20,000 nt of DNA, from positions 51,329-71,328 of the IMG/VR virus record IMGVR_UViG_3300042319_001462; one strand, 5' to 3'. The position numbers were made by a program, and so were the translations under genes. Origin of the DNA: an uncultured virus (IMG/VR IMGVR_UViG_3300042319_001462). Lineage: Duplodnaviria > Heunggongvirae > Uroviricota > Caudoviricetes. The notes under the pieces were generated by a model, which worked only from the letters and a program-made list of their open reading frames with translations, did no database searches and was not told the DNA's origin. Positions 9,152 to 15,850 of this stretch are shown piece after piece (the stretch's first letter is position 1; every line of letters begins with the position of its first letter).

Positions 9152-12100
9152 TAGTAGTTACTCCCACCATTAGTGAGTGGTGTTGTTCCAGTTTGTCCAA
9201 TCGTGATGCCAGGCGCACCAATTGAGGTTACTGGATATAATCCTGATACCGAAGTTTGACTTCGGATATTGCTTTGTGTTAGTGCCGAAATTACCTCGAT
9301 GTCGCTGACAGTTGCCGCGCTTACAAAAATTTCATTTGGTGCTGATCGTATTTCATACAAGTCACCAAAACTTTTTAGAGGGTTGAGTGGCACCAACACA
9401 ACTGAACTGATTATGGATCCTAGTTGTCTGTGCAGATAAGCAGCCAATTCTGAGAAATAAAAACTATCACCAAAATCCCATTTGTCAATAGTAAAATATT
9501 CATTAATCTTGGCAACAACTTGACTCTTGATTTCGCTGTCACTTGCAACTGTGTTCAAAGCCTTGACCACTTTGATAATGCCCTGTAGTTGCAAGGGTGC
9601 TTTGGCTCCAAACAATGGTTTAAACGTTACTGAATTAAAAACAATGTTGTCTGAAATCATTTTGTAGTCATCAAGAGTTGAATATGCTGTAGTTAGCTGT
9701 GCTATATCTGGTGGTGCTGGTTGTGGCACTGTGCCAGTGGTGTCAGTAATGTAATTTTGATACGCTGTGTAGTAGCTTTGAGTCACCAAGTACATATCAA
9801 TAATGTTGGTGGTGCCTGGATCAATTATGTTTGTTAGTGCACTGTTGTGACGATATTGGAACGACAGAGCACCGCGTCCTACCCGAGCTATGTAAGAACT
9901 CAACTCAACTAGTGTTCGTTGTTGTATTCCATTCACAAACAAAACTTCAAGTTGATAAAACTTGTCTGTGGATGTGGTGTAAAATACTTGTCCATTTACA
10001 TACTCGCTCTTGACCAATTCAACATCATCGAGAGTAGCGTACCTGCTGATCACCACTCCTGGTTCTACTGGCAAGTATCTTTCAAGATCATCAAAATCTA
10101 CTGTCTGACGGAAAAATACCAGTTTAGTTGATGGATCAACTGATGGTTCAACTATGGTATCAAAGAAGTCAGGATCATCTGCTATACCATCGCCATCGCT
10201 GTCCACATAACTGATGTCAACTTCGTAATCGTTAACATATCCATCGCTTTGAATGGGTTGCCCAATGATGTCCATGACAATATCAGATGGCAAAGGCTCG
10301 TTTGTGTCAGGCTTGGAATTTATTTTCAACACCTTGATATAGTCATTGATCACTGAACCAGTTGTGCTGTCATACACTAGGCCGTTGCCATCATAGTAAA
10401 ATCGAGTTTGCAACACGCTGGCAAATTTATAGTCTAGACCACGAGAGGTGACCACATAGCCTTGGCCATTTGTGGTAAACTGAATCAGCCAACTTGCATC
10501 AAGATTTAACCCTTGGGTGTTTTGTGCGTAACTCAAACTAAATGGCGATGTGGATGCTAAATTGGTACTACTAATTAGATACCAAGTGCCGTTTAGGTTA
10601 TCAAATCCAATGCCGAAATTACGGAATAGTTCAATTTGTTGAATCATGCTTTGTTGCAAGGTCAACGGCAGTTGATTGATAAATCTTGGAATTACAACCT
10701 GCGCAAGTGCGCCAGTTGGTACAAAATTGTTAAGAGTTACTGGACCCACACCGTTGGGCAAATTGCCCAGGCCTTGCGCAGTGCCATCAACCACTACTGA
10801 AGTAACTGATGCCCAGATTGTTAATTTCTCGTCAGCGCGAGTGGGTGTGCCAGTTTGCAACCGATTGTTGGCATCAAAAAATTGACCCGTTGGAGCTCTA
10901 AATTGTACCAAGCTGCCAACTGTTATGTATTTGGCATTGTTGTTTGTGTACTGACCAAGTGGTAACGGTGTTTTCTGCGGACCATAGTAAAAATAGCCGC
11001 TGGTTTCATTAACTAGGCTTGTGGATTGATTCCATCCTGCGCCGATTACAGTCAGTGGCGGACGAGGAAAATTTTCATAATAAAATTGCAACAAGCTACG
11101 GCCTGCCACAACTGGGTAAACTGATCTACTCAATACATCAACAATGTCATTACGATTGAACCAACTAAACTCAAAACTAGGCAAAACATTTTCGCGATAA
11201 ATTACACCATCGCTGGCAAAGATATTGGTACTAGAATATTTGCCAGTGACATCAGTGAGATCAATATATCTTGAAGAGCCAATGCTGCTACGTACAACAG
11301 ATTTGCTCTTGATGATTGAGTTAAATTCAGTGAACGGGAAGTTGTTATAATCTTCGCCGTTGACCATGCGGTTCTGTGTGTAGTAACGTGCAGGGGCACG
11401 TTGTTTGATCTCTGCTAGAGATTCTCTAGCTTGGGCATTTGTCACCGGTGTGGTTATACCACATGTGAATGTAATTGTTTCCAATCGTCCTTGACGGCTA
11501 ATATAGCTAATGGGCACAACTATGTTCTGCATTTCTTCTGGATTGATAATGTATTCAAGTCCATTACTTGCACGAACATAAGTTCTAAAAGTTCCCACTG
11601 GGATGCTGGAGAATACGCCGTCACCAAATGTCAGCGTAATTTGATCGTTGACTCTGCTGGTAATAGAATACAATGTTCGCTGGTCAGGAGCCAACTGCTC
11701 AACTGCTCCAGCAAAAATATTGTTAACAAATGTCCATTCAGAGGCAACACTACCCACATCATCTAGTTTGTATAACCAATGATCTTGTTCGTTACAACCT
11801 TCAATATTGATAGCAACTGTTCGATTGGGAATTGCTTCAGCTAAGTTAAAATCTTGATTCTGCAACACTCCTTGTTTGAACAAGAAAAAGAATCCAGTGT
11901 TGTTACTGCCAAAACCCAGGCCATCATTTCGATACAATATGTTAAATGCACCATTTGGTTGTGGTGGTGGCTCATAGACATAAGCTTTACCAATGCTGGT
12001 TGCACTGGTAACCTCAAACGGCATGTTGACACCATCCACTACTGCGGTGTACGGAACCACTGGTAGATAGCCCGGAACTAAATTAACAGTATATTCATCG

Positions 12101-12651
12101 GTGCCAACGCCAAGGATTGTTTGTTTATTGCCCGGGCGACCAAATTTTTGGCTTGCGAGCAGCGACGAGTTAACAATAGTTGTAAATTGTTCTAGCCAGT
12201 TGGGGTTGGTTGGATCATTCCAGTCAATAGTTACATTGGCCAAGTTAATGCCATTGTAATCAACCACACTTTCAGTTGTGCTAACTGAAAATACCTTTAG
12301 ATATCCCTGAGACGAGGTGTTACGCTTGGGTGTGTAACTGACCAAATTGGCCAGGCGCACAACTGAATCTCTTCGTTCAGCGGTGTCTAGGAAGTTTTCA
12401 CGGGTATTGAGATCATTGCGGAATGCCAGTGCCTGTCCCATAAACGCCATGACATCAAGCAATGCAATAAACTCGCTTGACTCAATGTAGTCGTTAAATG
12501 TTTCAGGGTAGTAAAGACGCAGGTAGTCAACAAAGCTCTTGCGTAATGTCTCAAAATCGTAGGATTGGAAGTCGGCTTCTCTATAAGTTTGATAGAGTCT
12601 CTTCCAGTCTTCTACACCAAATATTGCGGTTTGTCGTGTTGTCTTGGCCAT
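9151..12651 (-). CDS. gp6: Baseplate wedge subunit, T4 gp6-like (baseplate J family), 1166 aa
   Basis: Typical N-terminus (DFETLRKSFVDYLR..FNDYIESSE..ALLDVMAF..NTRENFLDTAERRDSVVRLA..VSYTPKR), plus ITLTFGDGVFSSIP and ESLAEIKQRAP..YYTQNRMVNGEDY motifs. It lies directly downstream of gp25. Confidence 0.92.
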   Translation of the reverse strand: MAKTTRQTAIFGVEDWKRLYQTYREADFQSYDFETLRKSFVDYLRLYYPETFNDYIESSEFIALLDVMAFMGQALAFRNDLNTRENFLDTAERRDSVVRLANLVSYTPKRNTSSQGYLKVFSVSTTESVVDYNGINLANVTIDWNDPTNPNWLEQFTTIVNSSLLASQKFGRPGNKQTILGVGTDEYTVNLVPGYLPVVPYTAVVDGVNMPFEVTSATSIGKAYVYEPPPQPNGAFNILYRNDGLGFGSNNTGFFFLFKQGVLQNQDFNLAEAIPNRTVAINIEGCNEQDHWLYKLDDVGSVASEWTFVNNIFAGAVEQLAPDQRTLYSITSRVNDQITLTFGDGVFSSIPVGTFRTYVRASNGLEYIINPEEMQNIVVPISYISRQGRLETITFTCGITTPVTNAQARESLAEIKQRAPARYYTQNRMVNGEDYNNFPFTEFNSIIKSKSVVRSSIGSSRYIDLTDVTGKYSSTNIFASDGVIYRENVLPSFEFSWFNRNDIVDVLSRSVYPVVAGRSLLQFYYENFPRPPLTVIGAGWNQSTSLVNETSGYFYYGPQKTPLPLGQYTNNNAKYITVGSLVQFRAPTGQFFDANNRLQTGTPTRADEKLTIWASVTSVVVDGTAQGLGNLPNGVGPVTLNNFVPTGALAQVVIPRFINQLPLTLQQSMIQQIELFRNFGIGFDNLNGTWYLISSTNLASTSPFSLSYAQNTQGLNLDASWLIQFTTNGQGYVVTSRGLDYKFASVLQTRFYYDGNGLVYDSTTGSVINDYIKVLKINSKPDTNEPLPSDIVMDIIGQPIQSDGYVNDYEVDISYVDSDGDGIADDPDFFDTIVEPSVDPSTKLVFFRQTVDFDDLERYLPVEPGVVISRYATLDDVELVKSEYVNGQVFYTTSTDKFYQLEVLFVNGIQQRTLVELSSYIARVGRGALSFQYRHNSALTNIIDPGTTNIIDMYLVTQSYYTAYQNYITDTTGTVPQPAPPDIAQLTTAYSTLDDYKMISDNIVFNSVTFKPLFGAKAPLQLQGIIKVVKALNTVASDSEIKSQVVAKINEYFTIDKWDFGDSFYFSELAAYLHRQLGSIISSVVLVPLNPLKSFGDLYEIRSAPNEIFVSAATVSDIEVISALTQSNIRSQTSVSGLYPVTSIGAPGITIGQTGTTPLTNGGSNY

Positions 12652-12669
12652 AGTATCTCGTTGTTTGAG

Positions 12670-12676
12670 TATTTAT
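12670..12676 (-). promoter_or_regulatory. T4-like late promoter motif (cATAAATAc) upstream of gp6
   Basis: The minus strand reads GGCCATAAATACTCAAACAACGAGATACTATG in the 47-bp gp25-gp6 gap. This is a 7/8 match to the T4 late consensus TATAAATA, and the same core recurs in the next gap. Confidence 0.6.
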
Positions 12677-12698
12677 GGCCCAAATAAACTATGTACTT

Positions 12699-13073
12699 TT
12701 AGATAAAGCTTGCACGTCGAGATGTTTGATCAAAAAATAACGACAACCGTTCTGAAGTACTGCTTGGAACTATCATCACTTGTAGTTCGATCAGCACACC
12801 ATTGTCTTGCGGGTATACTTGTGCATCTGAAATAAAAATTCGTGGATCGCCGCCGGCTACTCGTTGTAGTTCAGCTAGTATCCTGGCTGAAGTTTCTGGT
12901 ATCTGACTTTCAAATACATAACTCCAGATATTTGTTCCATACTCGGGCTTTCCCACTAGGTCGCCTGGCTGAATGTTTAGTGCGTTGGAAAGATCACGTT
13001 TGACCAATTGGGCATCAGTCAGTGTGAACTTTTTGTTTTGATTGATAGTGTTAAAACCAATAAATGTAGGCAT
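12699..13073 (-). CDS. gp25: Baseplate wedge/sheath-initiator protein, gp25 (GPW_gp25 family), 124 aa
   Basis: The pattern LVKRDLSNALNIQPGDLVGKPEYGTNIWSYVFE...DPRI matches the gp25 signature (..GER..P.FG..L...LFE...EPR). Size and position between spike and gp6 also fit. Confidence 0.9.
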   Translation of the reverse strand: MPTFIGFNTINQNKKFTLTDAQLVKRDLSNALNIQPGDLVGKPEYGTNIWSYVFESQIPETSARILAELQRVAGGDPRIFISDAQVYPQDNGVLIELQVMIVPSSTSERLSLFFDQTSRRASFI

Positions 13074-13077
13074 AGTG

Positions 13078-13084
13078 TATTTAT
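13078..13084 (-). promoter_or_regulatory. T4-like late promoter motif (aATAAATAc) 4 nt upstream of the gp25 start codon
   Basis: The minus strand reads TAA TACACA ATAAATA CACT ATG. There is no Shine-Dalgarno sequence in the 17-bp gap. Confidence 0.6.
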
Positions 13085-13090
13085 TGTGTA

Positions 13091-15835
13091 TTATGTGGAG
13101 TACGTTATTGGAGGGATCTTTGAATCTCCAAGAGCTGCATTGATTGCATTGTCAACAGCTTTTCTATTCACTGTGTTAGCTGCGTATCTAGCCGGAACTG
13201 CACCGCCACCGCCGCCAAACAGCCCGCCAATTGCGCCAAGGCCACCAAGATTACCTAGACTGCTTAGTCCTAGACTACCCAAGACATTTCCAAGCCCGCC
13301 TGATAATAACCCGCCAAGTCCGCTACCACCTAGTAGTCCAGTTATTCCCGACAAACCGCTTAAACTGCTAAATTGGTCTCCAAGTCCGCCAAGTCCTCGT
13401 AACGGTCCAACAATATCGCCTAGGGCTGCTGTAACCTGGCTAGTCACCTCAGTTACTGCGCCCGACAGTTGCCCAGTGACTTGTCCAATTACTTGATTTG
13501 CTTGGTTGCTTACACTTGATAACACCTGATTTACTTCACCTGTTACACTTGATAACACCTGATTAGCTTGCCCTGTTGCACTTGATACTACTGACAATGC
13601 ACCAGATGCGCCAGTTGATGTTCCCAGAGTACCCAACAACTTGGTAGCATTAGTTGCCTGAGAACTAACAAAGTTCACTGCGTACTGTGCACTCTTGATT
13701 GTGCTTGAAACATCCTGTACTAGTTTATTATTTGCAACTCCGTTGACCCATTGTGTTGTTCCGCCAACCCCAAACTTGGTAGCAGACTGCACAAGCGATC
13801 CCAGTTTTTGTGCTGTTTCTGATCCAGACACTAGCCCTGTGGCTTTCAGTCCAGTTAATGCAGTAGACATTAATCCTTGTTGCACATCAGATTGCAAGTT
13901 ATTATTTTTCAACAGCCCTGTTAGATTAGTAACACCATTTTGCCCAGTCCACACAGTTGGTGATGCCAAAGTTTTTAAGACTTTGTTTCCGACTGCCACT
14001 TGCTCAGGAGTAAGATTAATTTTGGCTGCTTGAGCAATGTCGGCTGCGCTTGGTATACCAGATGTTATAGATTTTAACTGTGTTACTGTACCAGGTTTGA
14101 GTAATCCAGCTGATTCCAACTGTTCTGGCTTGAATCCAAATTCGCCAATTCCTTTGTCAATGCTCACAGCATCTGCGGCTTGCCCCACAGCAGTTTTTGC
14201 TTGTGCCATTAGACTAGTCACTTCATTGGTGGACAAGTTTCCAATGGCGTCTGTTGCCGGGGTAGTCGACAACAAAGTTTGATTGTCAATTGCATCAACT
14301 ACTGGCAAGTCAACAGTGGTTTCCAATGCAGAGTTAACTTCTTCTGTTTGCGGTGCTGCCTCAACATTATCGCTGGAGCCAGCACCTGTGTCGCTGTAAT
14401 CCACTGTGATTGGCACCCCAAGGTTGTGATACGGGTATGGTTCATGTGTGGGGGCACGATTTACAATACTCTCAAGCTCTCCAGGTTTTACTGTCCAACC
14501 CTTGGCTGCAGAAAACGCTGTATCGTCTAGTTTGTAAAGTTGTATTGGTGTTGGGTCCAGTACCGGGGTACCAGGCACAGGCCCATTGATGTTTACCACA
14601 GCACCTTTGAGGTTTAAAAATCCGGTTGATGCCCAACTTCCAATCGTGCTTTTTACAGCAACACTTCCGGTGCTTGATATACCAACTGACATCTTGCCAA
14701 CCATGGTCAATGTTTTACTGCTGTTTAAAGACATTGCACCTTTACTCTCTATTGATACTGTTTTCCCGCGCAGGTTTAATTTGCCATTGGCATTGATGTT
14801 GACGTCTTTGTCTGCGTGTAAGTTGAGAACGCCTTCAGTTCTGACGTTGACTGAATTTGATGCATACATATCAATGGTTCCCTCGGAACCCATCTCAATC
14901 CAGCTTTGGCCGTTGGCATGAATGATGTACAAACAATCACCATCATCGCTCATGGTTATTTGATGTCCTTTACTGGTTCGTATGCGAACCAGATTATCAA
15001 CACCTTTAAGGTCACCGTCATCTAGTACAATGCTGTGCCCGCCGCGCCGCCCCTCAATTTGAATATCAGTTTTTTTAATTTGGCCAGCATCTAGCTTTTG
15101 TTTGATTGTTGCTTCGGTTAGGCCGCCTTGATAAATGGCCCGGCCGGGTGTGCTGATGCCAAATACTGAACTAGGACTTTCTCTTTGACTGTTGCTTGTA
15201 ATTGGCCCACGAATGTTGTCCCCCAACAGTCCCTGGTTGGCCAGAATAGCAAACACATAACTGTGCACCGGTTTGGGTTGCAAGAAAAATCTTGGGTCAG
15301 CATCTACATCTTTGCTATAAAAGTTTGCCTCAACAACTGGTAATTGAGTTGCATTGGCGCCGCTTGCTAATTTTTTTTGTTCTGCATTTTGCAACACGTA
15401 CTTTTTGCTGGCACCAATAGCTGGTATCATGTGGTTTGCACCATCATCTGGCACACATCCTAGATAATATCCCTGGTTTGGATCGCCAGCTACAAAGAAG
15501 CAAATAACATTAACCCCAATGTCAGGCGGGGTAAACCACATGCCATAACTTTGTTGATTGCCCTTGTAGTTGCCTGGGCCAACTGTGGTAGATGAATTGT
15601 TACCTGGGGTAACTCCGTAAAACGGAGGAATATACGACACTGTGCGCCACAGCGATTTATCGTCAGGGTTATTACCAGCAAATTGTTTAATGTATACCTG
15701 CAATCGACCACCCTTGGCCGGATCAACGTTGTTTTTGACTTCGCCAATAAAAGGACCCATCTCCGTTGGCATACCACCGCGATCAAATTTATAAGCTGCA
15801 CCTCGGCCTCGACTTCGTTGTATATTACTTGACAT
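13091..15835 (-). CDS. gp5: Baseplate central spike, gp5/gpV/VgrG-C-like, with long C-terminal extension, 914 aa
   Basis: OB-fold signature (GEVKNNVDPAKGGRLQVYI...SYGMWFTPPDIGVNVICFFVAGDPNQGYYLG), followed by beta-helix repeats (GHSIVLDD..GHQITMSDD..SWIEMGSEGTIDMYASNSVNVRTEGVLNLHADKDVNINA...VNING). An AGGA RBS-like motif lies upstream. Confidence 0.88.
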   Translation of the reverse strand: MSSNIQRSRGRGAAYKFDRGGMPTEMGPFIGEVKNNVDPAKGGRLQVYIKQFAGNNPDDKSLWRTVSYIPPFYGVTPGNNSSTTVGPGNYKGNQQSYGMWFTPPDIGVNVICFFVAGDPNQGYYLGCVPDDGANHMIPAIGASKKYVLQNAEQKKLASGANATQLPVVEANFYSKDVDADPRFFLQPKPVHSYVFAILANQGLLGDNIRGPITSNSQRESPSSVFGISTPGRAIYQGGLTEATIKQKLDAGQIKKTDIQIEGRRGGHSIVLDDGDLKGVDNLVRIRTSKGHQITMSDDGDCLYIIHANGQSWIEMGSEGTIDMYASNSVNVRTEGVLNLHADKDVNINANGKLNLRGKTVSIESKGAMSLNSSKTLTMVGKMSVGISSTGSVAVKSTIGSWASTGFLNLKGAVVNINGPVPGTPVLDPTPIQLYKLDDTAFSAAKGWTVKPGELESIVNRAPTHEPYPYHNLGVPITVDYSDTGAGSSDNVEAAPQTEEVNSALETTVDLPVVDAIDNQTLLSTTPATDAIGNLSTNEVTSLMAQAKTAVGQAADAVSIDKGIGEFGFKPEQLESAGLLKPGTVTQLKSITSGIPSAADIAQAAKINLTPEQVAVGNKVLKTLASPTVWTGQNGVTNLTGLLKNNNLQSDVQQGLMSTALTGLKATGLVSGSETAQKLGSLVQSATKFGVGGTTQWVNGVANNKLVQDVSSTIKSAQYAVNFVSSQATNATKLLGTLGTSTGASGALSVVSSATGQANQVLSSVTGEVNQVLSSVSNQANQVIGQVTGQLSGAVTEVTSQVTAALGDIVGPLRGLGGLGDQFSSLSGLSGITGLLGGSGLGGLLSGGLGNVLGSLGLSSLGNLGGLGAIGGLFGGGGGAVPARYAANTVNRKAVDNAINAALGDSKIPPITYST
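13510..13564. repeat. 22-bp direct repeat with 33-bp period, encoding the 11-aa repeats of the spike extension
   Basis: ttacacttgataacacctgatt occurs at 13510-13531 and 13543-13564 and encodes NQVLSSV twice. Confidence 0.9.
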
Positions 15836-15850
15836 TCTGCGGGTTTCCTA

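Noticed and set aside
12652..12698. Possible intrinsic terminator in the largest intergenic gap
   Set aside because: There is no convincing GC-rich hairpin followed by a U tract, and the gap is better explained by the promoter-like motif.
13008..13496. 162-aa proline-rich plus-strand ORF
   Set aside because: It is the antisense mirror of the Gly-rich spike tail (GGN codons read as NCC/CCN) and has no independent support.
13510..13564. Direct repeat as a possible CRISPR array, DGR repeat or att site
   Set aside because: There are only two copies, with an in-frame 33-bp period inside a CDS, fully explained by the 11-aa protein repeat.
13695..14921. Run of plus-strand ORFs antisense to the spike (also 18231-18572 and others in the hub gene)
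   Set aside because: Open antisense frames are expected from the codon bias of the real genes, and I saw no RBS or protein-like motifs.
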